From assembly GCA_002633005.1 (NCBI GenBank), contig NMRA01000906.1, positions 29,706 through 93,705 of the forward strand: a DNA stretch of 64,000 bases. Reading direction: 5' to 3'. Position 1 is the first letter of the stretch. Every line of letters starts with the position of its first letter. A program made the position numbers and the translations under genes. The notes under the pieces were generated by a model. That model worked only from the letters and a program-made list of their open reading frames with translations. It did no database searches and was not told the DNA's origin. Below are positions 39,098-51,300 of this stretch, piece by piece. Source of the stretch: Phoronis australis (lineage: Eukaryota > Animalia > Phoronida).

Positions 39098-40770
39098 AGG
39101 AGCATGTCACCCAAAAAACAACCTAATTTGTATCAGTTTAGATCGAGTAGTTCTGCTCGATAACGACACGTACGGTTGCGTTACCTGACACCTGACGGCA
39201 GACGGAGATGTTGAAATTATCCAGTGACGTCATCGGTTTCACACGCAGTCTGTTCAGAAGTTCACAACAATGGTTACTGATGTCAGCTTATCGCTTGAAG
39301 TCATTGTTTAACACCAATAAATCGTCAAACTTCGATGTAAAACCCTTAAAAATACACCGAGATCTTATAAAAACGTGTTGTTTTATTTGGCTCATACGGA
39401 TTTATTGGTATTTGGACACACCGTAGCCTACAAAGTTCGGCAGGCCAATAAGGTCCGTAGCAGGAGTTTGGGGTCTGTACGGAGATAATTTCGAAGTATT
39501 TTCCGTGAGATACAGACAGGAGAACCTAGATCTGTGTTGTTTAGACTTGTGATTTTTTGAGTTCTCAACACAAAACGCTGGTTATCCTGGCCAGTGGCTC
39601 GGCCAGTCCGATCAGGCCCGTGGTGGCCGCCCGGATTGACTCGTTATCCCGGCCAGTGGCTCGCAAACTGATCAGACATCACGAACATAAACCAGACAAA
39701 GTTCAGTGGAAACTAAACTTCCAGTCAAGAAAGTACTATACTAGTGAGCCAAAGTAATGTGCACGTGATTATGTTGGTGAATTAGCCACGAAACTGCAAA
39801 TCTACTTACTCCTCGGGGGAATTCACGTTCCGCTTTGGCCACAACACCGTCAGGGCAGAAGTTGTACATTGACAATCATTATTTGAGTAATGTAACTGTA
39901 AATAAAGATTCCCCTAACACCTGGCCGTGGGATGGAAATCGAGTTGTTTCACAACAGTCTCTGCCAGCAAACACTAAATTAGCATTAGCTCACACGGCCT
40001 CGGTGTCCCGTCCTTAGTTTTATTGCACCTAAAGCCGGTAATGCTGTGATTTATTTCTTGCTGGCTTTTCAAATCATTTTCACTCACGAACACTCCAAAG
40101 GCATTACAAATTGCATCTAATGAGACAGACTTTGTTCCAGTTTTATTTAAGTATGGGTTAGGGTGAGAATAATTCATTTTGAAACAGAACGCTCAGTAAT
40201 AAACGCGAACATGGCAACTCGCAATCCCGACTTAGGACGAGCTGGAGGTCATCAGTCCCGACTTCGCAGGTGGATCGTTAAGTTTTACAGGCTATCAATT
40301 CGAACAGGAATACAATGATGAAGAAATACTGGAGAGGCGTCGTGTACAAGCTCAGACAATGGAACGTATGGAGTTATTTGGTAAGCCGGCATTCGTCAGG
40401 CACTGTCGACGTCTGCAGGCCACAGACACGGAGATGTTTCACGGCCTCATACTTGCTATTTATAGCGTACATTTCATTCTTCACTATCATGAGCCACTTC
40501 CTAAGCATTTCGGACTCTCGAGGAAGTAAAAAAACCATATACCCGCTTTCCTCGCAGCTGCTTAGTTCGAACAACCGGGAACGATGCACGGCAACATAGC
40601 GGCATTCACTCTGCATATGAACCACTGACGTCACTAGCGTCGTTTCTCATCTTCCTCACAAGTTAACGCGACACCTCCCGGCAACGTAAGGTCGACCTTA
40701 TGCGAGGCAATGTGGATATAGACCGATTAAGACGGCAAAAAAGACTAATTAAATCGGGCGGCATTCTCCT
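39098..40770. mobile_element. Internally deleted Kolobok element with convergent THAP (minus) and KolX-like (plus) remnants
   Basis: TTAA TSD. Imperfect 16-bp TIR AGGAGCATGTCACCCA / AGGAGAATGCCGCCCG. Subterminal TGACGTCA at both ends. Minus strand MLPCIVPGCSN...FLLP...RKWL...LRVCG (THAP, ~40415-40597). Plus strand GYQFEQEYNDEEILERRR (~40290-40340). Confidence 0.7.
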
Positions 40771-40780
40771 TTAATACTAT

Positions 40781-42495
40781 AGACCGGGTGCACGCGCTAC
40801 TGCAGCTGACAACTTGACGCCATATTGGAGAGTGTTACTAGTCACGTGACAAGGCTAATAGCCGTGTAAACAACGGGGTAAATTGCTCTTTTCAAAGGGC
40901 GATATCTAACAAACAAAGAGGCGGAAGAGGGTGATATTTTCCAGAAACATAAAAAACATGTGATATGTCGCACTTACATACGTTTTTAAGTGTCAATCAG
41001 TCGATAGGGAAAATATGTAACTAACAGAAGATCGCAACCAGTGGCAGATTTTCGAATTGTCTGAGCGGCTGCAAGCTTGTTATCCCCTGGGAGCATTTTA
41101 TTTTTTTCGTTTTTTCAAGAGAAAGCAGTAAGATCGCAAAAATTTATAATTTAATTCGTGTCGCTAGATGCAAATACATTACATCCAAGAGACGTGCTGC
41201 TCAATTGAGACGTACTTTTGTTGTGTCTCGAAACTAAAATTCTCCCAGATTCCATTTGACAGTTCGGCCGTGCAAAAGTCCGATGGGCAAAATCCTGGCT
41301 AATACATGTGCGCACCCAGGGAGGGGGGGGGCTCGGGGGGCTTCTTAGACAAACAAAAGTCCGAGGAAACGAGACAAAAATCCACAGGAATTCGTCGCAA
41401 ATGCACAATTCACGGGGTTGAACCTAGTACCTCGTTTTTTTAGTACTCGTCTTCTTGTTCCAGTGAAAGGTCCAAATTACCGCAAAATTCGACCCCGTTC
41501 TATATTTTAGGCTGGTTGGCAACCCTTGAGTAATAATGGGACGGGTTTTCACGGACGTGACGTCATTTTTTCATGGGCTAAAAATTCTTCACATTAAATT
41601 TAGACCCTGTGAAAAACTATAGCCCGAGTCATTTTTCATGGGATCATTATTTAATGCTACACCGGCTCTGTTGGGTAGATTTCCACTCGGCTTCGAGTGG
41701 GAAATTCTGTATTTCGGTTATAGGTCGGATGAGCAATTTAGTCGTAAGTCGTACAGGTTTAATATTTTGATTACTATGTACATGTACTTCACTTTTTTGC
41801 GCAAGTTTTGAGACACAAAACAAAGAGCTCGTAAGCAAGCAGTGCAAATCCACAAAATTTCCAATATCAACTTTAACAAAAGTACAGACTTTGCAGGGTT
41901 ATGTTTATTTCAGTGAAGCAGAGGAAATCTGATTTTGGAATACTTATTAAGAAATGACTTTTTAAAGCAGAATATATTTCAACAGAGACATTATTCACTT
42001 AGATGTAGGCCTACTGATTTTGATGGCTAGCCAGTAGGTTCAGGGATGTTATATTTCAGAACAAGTAAAAATATATATGATTGCCATTGATACCAAATAT
42101 TTACTTAAGTACAATTAAAAAACAACATCATCATTGGATTTCAGCATATACTGGTCAATAATTATCTTTTAATTGATCTATTATGGTCTCAGTAACCAAG
42201 AGTGATGTGGAAACAACACATAATCGCTCAACTTAAACTATGGTAGCAGAACATGAAAACCTAGTGGTAGCACCTCTAAACTCCATGGCCAAACCAAAAA
42301 TCCCATGACTCGATGGCAGGACCAAAAAACGTAACTCCTTGGCCGCAGGCATAACACTAAGAGCACCCGCATTTCCTGACTGATGCCATAGGGCTCCCAT
42401 TGTTTTCCGCCATTTTTGTTCTGTGTAGCACTCTCCAATATGGCGTCATATTGACAACGCGAGCTGCATGTATCCGAGTGGAGCGCGCCCGGTCT
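40781..42495. mobile_element. Possible AGACC-ended non-autonomous DNA element
   Basis: Imperfect ~60-bp inverted ends (agaccggg.gc...tgacgccatattggagagtg at 40781-40840; inverse at ~42425-42495). TSD is unclear. Confidence 0.45.
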
Positions 42496-42720
42496 TTGTG
42501 ATGTCTATGGTCGCAACCTTATTGCTTCTGAAAGTTTTGAATCGAAGCTTGTGAGGCTTATATTTTCTGGTGAAACATCTCAGCCCCTAACAGATACGTA
42601 AACGATAAATTGTATTCGTTTGTGTATGTTTCATATTCTTGTAAACGTATTTCAACAATATCTCACGTGTACAAACACCAGTTACGAAAACTTAAAAAAC
42701 CTTGAATCACAAAATGTTAA

Positions 42721-45500
42721 AGACCTGGTCGCACGCGTTGTTAACCCTTATTACATGGTTAGAGGATGTTATAAGGATCCAATAAGTACCTACCCCATAA
42801 ATAATACACAATTCGTACTCGAAAAAAGTTTTAAATGAAAGCGCCACTCACGATTCGCACCCGAAGAACCACCGCCATTTTGAACTTGCCGCGAACCCGG
42901 AAGTACAATTCATTCAGGAACCCAGGCCGAGAAAACGCCGTCAGTGTGGAAGGACGAATGCCTGTTACCAGCTTGCAAACGGGGATAAAATAATCGACAG
43001 CGCGCCTTAATTTTAATAAAATCAAAATACGGACAACTTTATCGAATTTGCTGAAGAAATGAAGCGAATAAATTTTGACAGAAATTATTTTGCTAGACTC
43101 GGGACCGCAGCGTATCGGACCCGGTGCCGATCGACACCAGACACTGGCGAACGGTAAATGCATGCGGTTGCGAGCTGTTTTGTCGAAGTAAAATGCTCAA
43201 ATCATAAATTCCGCATATATTCAAAGATAGTTTCAGAGACTTGCATGAAATTACGAGCGGGTTAGTCCTGTGTCACACTGCCGCGGCAGACCTTAGCTAG
43301 CCTCAGTGCAACCTACCAGCTTGTTAGTACATGTAGGCCTATACAGCTTTGCGCCAAGGCTACCCTTAGGACTAACTTGTCGCTGGCCACAGCGCTCGCT
43401 CAAACGAGGTTTATTTAGAACTTGGGTACTTCTGGCGAACTGTGTAAAGTTTTTGGCTTTCAATAGAGCTTTGCCCAGACTTTGTATGAGCGCACCAAGC
43501 CTAAAAGAATGGGGGGGCTGGAATTTTTGGGAATGTCTATCTTTTACTATAAGATTCTCTAGGTATGTTCAGAGCTATGAATTGCAGACTCTAAATTTTG
43601 GTACTTCCTGTCTTCTAGTGGAATATTGTCTTATTTTATACTTTTTCGGAATTCGTGCTTCTCTGACTGAGGCAGATCTTTTTCCATTTCTCCAAATAGG
43701 GGGCTCGTTCGAGCACATTAGTATGACAAGTCCAATACAAAATGTTATTTTTATTCATTAACCCAAAATGATTCAAACTTTTAACATAATAAGTAACTTA
43801 AAATGTACAATATTTTACAACATTTAGCATTACAAACACTATTCAACACATGCACGCATCCAGCCTTCAATATGGGGGCTCGAATTCCCGGCGATATGGG
43901 GCTTTTGCTAAAAAAAAGAGTGGGTGGACTAAAAAAACGGAGCCACCACTGTAAATTGCGCGTTTGCACCTCTTTAGTGGACTCTTGTCCCAATTTTCTC
44001 GGGCATTTTGTCTCTCGGGGGCGGACCTTTTTGCCCACTTTGCCAAATGGGGGGATCCTTAGAGCCCCCCGAGCCCCCCCNGGGTGCGCGCATGCAACAG
44101 CAAAAGTTTCCATGTTATGAAAGTGGACTTAAATGTAACTATTACCATGGTGACCGAATAGTGTTTCCTTACACCAGAATTTGACAAGCATAATTAAAAA
44201 AATATAAAGTTGCAAGGAACAAGAATTGGAGGCTTGAAGCTTCACAATCAAACATAGCTTATTTCCCAAATTAAGATTATTCATATTGTTGACTTGATAA
44301 CCTGAATTAGGAAGCAATAAGTTACAAAACATGACTTGAAAGCAATTGAGACTTAAAATTTAGAAAAATATGAATCATTTTGTGACACCGAATCAAACCT
44401 TGAACAGCAGTTGACAGTCTTACAAAAAACCATTTCAAAATTTTATCAACTATTTTTTTAGCTTAGTGTAAGATCACCTGAATGGGAAATTCACAGTAAA
44501 ATAATTCGAATATATCTTATATTTTGCACAAAAAACACGAAAATTGAATAAAGTTCCTTTTTGTAGTAACGTTTGTCAAAATGCATCAATGTTAAATCTT
44601 CACAAATTACAGAGTAGCCGATTGAACATGCTTTTCAGTTCAGCAAATGTCGCCATGTTGTCGGTGCCGACAGAAATGAGACGAAGTCCAATGGGAATTG
44701 TGAGCACATTTATTACTTAATGAGTAACAACTGCGAGGCTGAAATTTGGTGAACACTGTTGAATCGTGCAGAATAGTAAGTAAAGATACGTCTAACTAAA
44801 TTTCACCGTAATTTGTTGGCGAAAACAATTTACACAAAGTAACTCGTAACTTATCCCGCTGTCCTCCAATATGGCCGACGCGATCCAAACAAAGTGACCC
44901 AAATTTCGCCACAAAAATTGCAATACCTTTACACTGCTTGTCCAGATTTTGATACTTTTCGATTTTTTCTGAGTAGAATGCACTACCTTTCCGATGATAG
45001 CAAAGTACTTTAAAACGAGGAAAAAAAATCAAAACGAAAAAATTGGTTCGACCCATATTGGTTCCTAGGTTCGATCGACCTACGTAAGGAACTGAACACC
45101 AATGCTATTTTAGCATAATAAGTACGCGTAACATTCCAAAAAATTCAACGACCACTAACTACAAACTATAAATACACTACATATGCAAACTAATCACGAG
45201 ATATTACTAATAAAACACAATAATGAATGCTTTTCGAGCAAGCGATAGCACATTCAGTTACAAGGAAAAAATGTCGACGTTCAGGACAAGTTCCTGAACT
45301 GATGAGCCGGAAATGTGGGTACAGAAATAACCGATGAAAGCCGGTAATTATACGCTCACAGAGAAGGGTCAAATACGGTTAAAAAATCGCTTTTGGCAAG
45401 AAAGGCGAAAAGAATATAAAGAAAGGGTGTCGAAAATAAGATTTTATGTAGTAAGTATTTTCGGATACTGGAACCACATGGGCATTTTGCAACCAGGTCT
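42721..45500. mobile_element. Non-autonomous Kolobok-type element (TTAA TSD, TIR AGACCTGGTYGCA)
   Basis: TTAA at 42717-42720 and 45501-45504, with matching TIRs. Both ends are homologous to 13337-13609 and 14609-14886. Confidence 0.8.
43849..44094. mobile_element. CA...TG MITE nested in the Kolobok MITE, 5-bp TSD CAACA
   Basis: CATGCACGCATCC...GGTGCGCGCATG flanked by CAACA. Confidence 0.72.
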
Positions 45501-45974
45501 TTAATTGTTTTGTTATACGTTTAGTTTATGGTGACAACTGTATACGTTACCTAAAAGATGTGTTATGTGTTCAAGTGTTGGTAACAATCCATTTATGATG
45601 ACAGAAACTGAAACTGTTTAAAATTACAAATTTATTTACCATTTCGTTACGTTTTTGATGATATGTTATTTTGAATCTATGAAGGGATTTATAACAGCAT
45701 GCCACTTTATGCCTTTTTATCACATTACGAGCAAGAACAGTTTATATTTTTGCTGTGTGCTGGGGACTCAAAATGGCCCGTAGTATTGAAGAATGGGTGC
45801 TGAGTTCCAATGAATCTTTACATGCCACTTTTTTCTGCTGGTATTTGGAGTCCCTTGGATTTGGTTATTCATGCGGATACAACTTGTCATCGAAATTCTA
45901 GTCAGATAGAAAATTCAATGTATTTACTGGAGTAGAAATGCAGAGATTAGAAATCTGGTCTTCCCTCCAGTAGA

Positions 45975-45984
45975 GTCACGTGAC
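45975..45984. promoter_or_regulatory. Palindromic E-box GTCACGTGAC (USF/MiT-TFE CLEAR-type) upstream of the TPR gene
   Basis: Perfect 10-bp palindrome about 30 bp before a candidate donor GTAAGA (46016). That donor would pair with the 46115 acceptor to make a 100-bp 5'UTR intron. Function is inferred only. Confidence 0.3.
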
Positions 45985-46123
45985 CCAGTTTATACATGAT
46001 TTTCTTTTGTGCTTGGTAAGAGTTCGCAAGGCGGATTTGAAGCAGACTAAAATTTTCCTGTGAACAATTTGCATCATATCAATGATAACTAACGAAAGTA
46101 TTTGTTAATTTTCAGCTGATGCA

Positions 46124-48391
46124 ATGATGCAGGAAAAGAAGCAGGAAATTCTAAAAAGACTGGAGGATTTTCCAAGTTCATTTAAATTAGTTCATAAAAG
46201 AAATGATTTTCAGAGAATAAAGAAAGTGAAAAAAACAACATCTCAGGAACACGGTGAAAACACAACACCTTTCCAGAGGAATGCAGATAAGAACTTGCTG
46301 TCATTTTTGGAATATCGAATCCCTGGCCCTGAAAGTAGAAAAAAAGCGCTCGAGCACAACAAGGAAGTGAGAGATTCAGAACCAAATAACGTCATTGCTT
46401 TGGCTAATTATGCTCGAATGCTCATAGAGGATGACGATTTGCCAGAGGCGGAGAAAACACTAAAGACTCTGGACGCTTTAACTGAAAGCGAAAAATTGAT
46501 GGAGAATGCCCGAGCAGAATTAGCATACTCGTATTCAAAGTTTGGTTCCAGAGAAGATTTAAAAGAAGCTATCAAGCTCTATGAAGATATAGTCTTTTAC
46601 AACCCGGAAAGATGGGAATGGATGTATCGGTATGGTGTTGTAATCCAACGATGTCTAAATCCTGAAGCATTTGTCAATGCTGAAGATTTCGTTGCGTGCA
46701 AATTATTTACGAAGGGGCTAAATGCATTTGTGAAAGTTATCAAATTTTCCAAAGCCGACAACGCAACAGTGGCATTAGCTTACACAAAGATTACTTCCAT
46801 GTGCTTTAGCTACGATAGGCTACCTGAAGAATACAAGGACGTCAAATACAAAAAAGAGGTTGAAGAGTGTCGAAAGAAAACTCTTAAAGATCTGGACGTA
46901 AAAGAGCTGAGTTCCGACGAATGCATGCAAAAAGCCCTGCAACGCCTCGGCGACTGCCAAAACTTTGAGTTTTTTCAAGAATTTGGTCGATTTTGCCGAA
47001 GAAACAAAGATTTTGAAAATGCAAGAATCCAGTTGGAAAACTCCCGTCATATTCAACCAACAACAGCTAATTGTTTTCAGTTAGGTTTGTTAGAAGTTGA
47101 CGAGTACAACCTCGAAAAAAATTATGTAACGCAGGGTAGGGCCCGAAACCCCAGCGGTGGTCAAAATGGGTCTTATTTTATGAAGACTGTATTCAAGACA
47201 GCCTCCAGGAATATGAAATTAGAAGACGACGTAGAGAACGACCACTTGAACAAAGCACTAAAATACTTTGAGGAGGCGAACAAGTTATGTGAATACACAT
47301 CTGCGGCTGTGCTTCATAGCCAAGGGCTTGTATATCGTAAATTAAAACGTGCTGATAAAGCCATTGAATGCTTTCAGGAAGCTCGCAGGAGCGCTGGGTC
47401 TCAGACTATGAACGTAATACAAGCTTACGAACAGCAAGGTTACTGCTTTGAATGGCTTGCCAAACAAGATAAAGAGAAGTGTGACATTTTAAATCAGAAA
47501 GCCATCACCATGCTGTTTTTTGCTCTAGAGGAAGCTACACATTTGAAACTGCCGTTTTCATATCGAGGTCAATCTGCTTTTTGGTTGCAAAGTCTTCTTA
47601 AGGATACCTTAAACAAAAACCCTAAAAGAGTTGACGCTCACAAGAATCTGGTAAAGTACCATGGACTTCTTGGTGAGCATACACAGGCACTGCAGTATAT
47701 GGAACGTGTTTTAAAGCTCGAACCGTCTGATTCCAGTGCGCACTTGGAAATGGCCGAGTTACTATTAGACGGCGGGCAATGTCAAGAAGCTCTTAATCTT
47801 TTGACGATGATGATGGCGCCGAACTCTGAACACAGAAGTCGTGTTCTTGAGAAAAAAAATCTTTTAGTTGACGCAAGAAAGCAATTGGCAAAGGAAAATC
47901 TAAAGACAGGAGAAATCTATATAGCAAGCGAACATTTTCGAAGGGCCTATGGCATTGTCTTTGAAACTGAAGACACAGATATGGATGAAGGAATTCAAAT
48001 TTTCATCACAGGTCAAGAATCCGAAAACTGTTTTCTTTACTTTTCTGGAATTATTGAAAAATATTTTGGATTGTCCTGTTTGCGTTCTAACGACATTTCC
48101 CCAAGTAGCAGAAGCTTTTTGTTCGTTTTCTCCAATGCAGAAGAATTACGAGATGAGACTAAGCACTTAGTCGAGTGCACTCTGACATATATACAGAAGA
48201 AACCGAGTAATATTTTGTGCAGCTTAACCGTGGCTCAATCCGCCGATCTGGTACAATCACTGAAATCTGTTCAATTCAACTCCGTGCCTCCCTACAGTTC
48301 TTGGAAGGACGTCCCAAAAGATTCTGAAAAGTTTGGTGAACTGGTCATGAAGCTATTTGAAGGATTAACCACTCCTGTGAACCAACATTAA
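46124..48391 (+). CDS. TPR-repeat protein, TTC22/IFIT-like N-terminus, with degenerate TIR-like C-terminal domain
   Basis: Uninterrupted 755-aa ORF with TPR motifs (e.g. NNVIALANYARM, VLHSQGLVYRKLKRADKAIECFQEA, QALQYMERVLKLEPSDSSAHLEMAELLL). The N-terminus resembles TTC22/IFIT (LKRLEDFPSSFKL...NLLSFLEY...ARAELAYSYSKFG). Acceptor ttttcAG at 46114-46115 lies just upstream of the ATG, and AATAAA at 48425-48430 follows the stop. Confidence 0.85.
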   Translation: MMQEKKQEILKRLEDFPSSFKLVHKRNDFQRIKKVKKTTSQEHGENTTPFQRNADKNLLSFLEYRIPGPESRKKALEHNKEVRDSEPNNVIALANYARMLIEDDDLPEAEKTLKTLDALTESEKLMENARAELAYSYSKFGSREDLKEAIKLYEDIVFYNPERWEWMYRYGVVIQRCLNPEAFVNAEDFVACKLFTKGLNAFVKVIKFSKADNATVALAYTKITSMCFSYDRLPEEYKDVKYKKEVEECRKKTLKDLDVKELSSDECMQKALQRLGDCQNFEFFQEFGRFCRRNKDFENARIQLENSRHIQPTTANCFQLGLLEVDEYNLEKNYVTQGRARNPSGGQNGSYFMKTVFKTASRNMKLEDDVENDHLNKALKYFEEANKLCEYTSAAVLHSQGLVYRKLKRADKAIECFQEARRSAGSQTMNVIQAYEQQGYCFEWLAKQDKEKCDILNQKAITMLFFALEEATHLKLPFSYRGQSAFWLQSLLKDTLNKNPKRVDAHKNLVKYHGLLGEHTQALQYMERVLKLEPSDSSAHLEMAELLLDGGQCQEALNLLTMMMAPNSEHRSRVLEKKNLLVDARKQLAKENLKTGEIYIASEHFRRAYGIVFETEDTDMDEGIQIFITGQESENCFLYFSGIIEKYFGLSCLRSNDISPSSRSFLFVFSNAEELRDETKHLVECTLTYIQKKPSNILCSLTVAQSADLVQSLKSVQFNSVPPYSSWKDVPKDSEKFGELVMKLFEGLTTPVNQH

Positions 48392-51300
48392 ATGTGTTCT
48401 TGGATGCTTGTTGAGTGACTACCAAATAAAAATCTTAGAAGAGGTATTTATATCTCTCAGATTGGACGGAGACTTGAAATTGAAGACAACATTTCAGTAA
48501 GTTCCAGTAGGCCTAATTTCGTCACGTGCAGTAGCTCAGCGCGGACATGAAAACATTGCTCAGTTGAAGAAGGAAGATGCATCAAGCGTTATTCACGGTT
48601 GTTCATTTAGCAGAACTTTCCAAATTGTTCCTTTTGAGGATTGATGAGACTAGCTGTCCATTATTTTTTTCAAGTTTAAGTGATGTACTGATAGTTATTT
48701 GTGAATATGCTATAACAGGATTTAATATTTCTATAGAGGAAATAAGCTGTAAATATTGTTGATTAGCAACTTGTTTTGTATGGGCATTTGAATTGATTTT
48801 AAATATCTCAAAAATAGCATACAAAAAGCACACGGCCAAACAACAATGTTAAGGTTTATAGAGTTGAGAAACGGGATTTTTATAAGCTATGTTACAGTAT
48901 TCAAATGTTGGTTCTTATAATTATTTCTAGTATACAGTGTAAATTCTGTCCGTGGAATTGGTTATTCGTATTACTAGCTTAGTAGCTTGTGTTCATAGAA
49001 TTGCATTTCGTAGAATATTTGATCATCGGTTTTGTATGCAATGTGTACGTCGAGGTCGTCGTCATCATCGACTTCACCTTAGTCGAACCTGATTAGAGCT
49101 TGAGACGAATCATATTTGATGGACGTCCCTCACTTATTCGCATATCTGTGCTTATGCATGTATGAAATATATAAATTATATATATGCTTACTGCGCTGCA
49201 AAAATGAACTATTGAAAATGTAGGCAATTCTCTCTAAATTTTAAGACTTATTCGGCCTTCTTCTCTGGATGCCCAAAACTTGCTTATGAAATATTTCCCT
49301 CTCATATGGGAAACACAAAAAAGTGTCTGCTGGTTTACTCCAATTGACCCCAAAACTTTCACTGCAATGCACTGCCGGACTGGCCATAATATTTGTGCAC
49401 TACACTGCGGACACCATCTTTAAAACGTGGAGAAATGGGTCCACTTAATTTGATAATACACTCACACTGATTTGGATGGAAATAAAAAGAACAGCAACAC
49501 TAAAACATTTAGTGTGTATGCATAGACAAATTGTTAACGAGGTGCATGGCCCTGGGGTTTGTCCACACATGCTTGTTATCCATATGTGACCTCGGCCAGG
49601 CGGAAGTAATCGTCAAATTAACGTTTGCCTTGTGTCCTCACGTTGTCCTCACGAGAAGTCGCTACATTCATAAGCAAAAATTAATTAATGATTGGGGCGA
49701 AGTGAGCCTCACTGAATGCTAAAAATACACCGCACACTTGATTGACTTCACCGGTTCCTTCTAGGAAATCCGATTGGTTCTCTAGGACAACTTCTTGCTT
49801 TTAACCAAATGTCTTCGGTAGATATGACTCAGAGGAACCGGCGAAGTCAATCAAGTGGAGCCAATTGTGATATGATACGAAATGTGGTATGCACGAACCG
49901 TTCGACACTCCTGTTGTCGTCTGGCCAGAGAGACGTCCTCTTCCTGTGGTGACATCCGAATGAAAGTCACTAAATTACCTGAACTCGTTACCTTATAAAC
50001 GGTTGCCCATGATTATCGTCTTTCTCAGTTTTGGCAACTTCAAAGATGGAGAATAACATTTCCATAAGAGAGACAACAGTTTTGACAACTATTGAACTCA
50101 CAACTTCGACAACTGGTTCCTTGAATAGTCGTCAGTGATGACAAAAGTGTAACGGTCGCCCATTTTCCCAACGGCAACACTGACCTCCCACGGCCCTTTT
50201 GGCAGAGGAGACATTTTCTACGGTTCACGAGTCTTCACGTCATTGACACTAATAGCACGAGTTTGCGATCGACGCATGACACCATGGAGAAAGAGTGGGG
50301 TAGGGGTTTGGGGGGACCGTCGCTGTGAAAATTTGATAGGCTGGTATCACGTATTGTAATTTGAAGACAGTTATCGGTTTTATAGCTGGAAAAGGTATTT
50401 CCAGGATTATTGTTGGAAGGGATAGACTTTTTGAAGTTATTGGCTTCTACCAAACAACAACTAAGATCTGCTGTTTTTGTGCTCCTATTACACGTTGACA
50501 ATTCGCGCTGTTGTGTGCCAGACATTCCCGGAATCAAGGTCGGTGTTTTTACCATTTAAATACTCTAAAAATCATACCTGCTACTTAAAGCGTGAGATTT
50601 GTTTCATCAGCCACAGAGCGTTCAGTTTCTATGCTACACCTAATTTCTGTAAAACTTTCCTCGCCCAGAATGTCTCCCTAACTTTTTTACATGTGTCATT
50701 TTTGTATATATGTAAGGCACTATCGAAACTTAAGATTGTTTGTTCATCTTGAATATTCATATAATTTTTGGTCATGTGGACTACGAACATATTTTTCTTT
50801 GTTATAAACTTGCCACACAGTCAATCTATCAACCTCGGTTTGGGAAAATTTCTAAAACTAAAATGTCGGTGAACGCTTTCGGAAAATATTCAGTATCGTT
50901 TTGAAAAAGGTCTTGGTTGTATCACTTCAATTTTTAACAGACCTTAACCAACTTCATGAAGTTAATCGTTGGGATATATTTGCAGTTGCTTGTGACTGAG
51001 TTTGTTCTACCATATTGTAACTCTTACATGGACATTATCGGTTTTACTGCGGAAAACGCATATTGCTCAATAAATAGAATTCCTGAATTTACATGGTTTG
51101 ACTAGAATTATAATCCAATATTATCCGTTGCGTTTTTGTGGTTTTATTGCAAATCCCAATTTTCGATGTTTTCAAGTTTTCCACCAGACATTCGCTGATA
51201 TCGAGGTTGGTGACTCTTCCAGTTAGAAAACACTTGAAATACTGGTATTCATAGAGTATGGGTTATCTTTGCCAGCACGGCGTTAAACTGCGGCAGCAGG

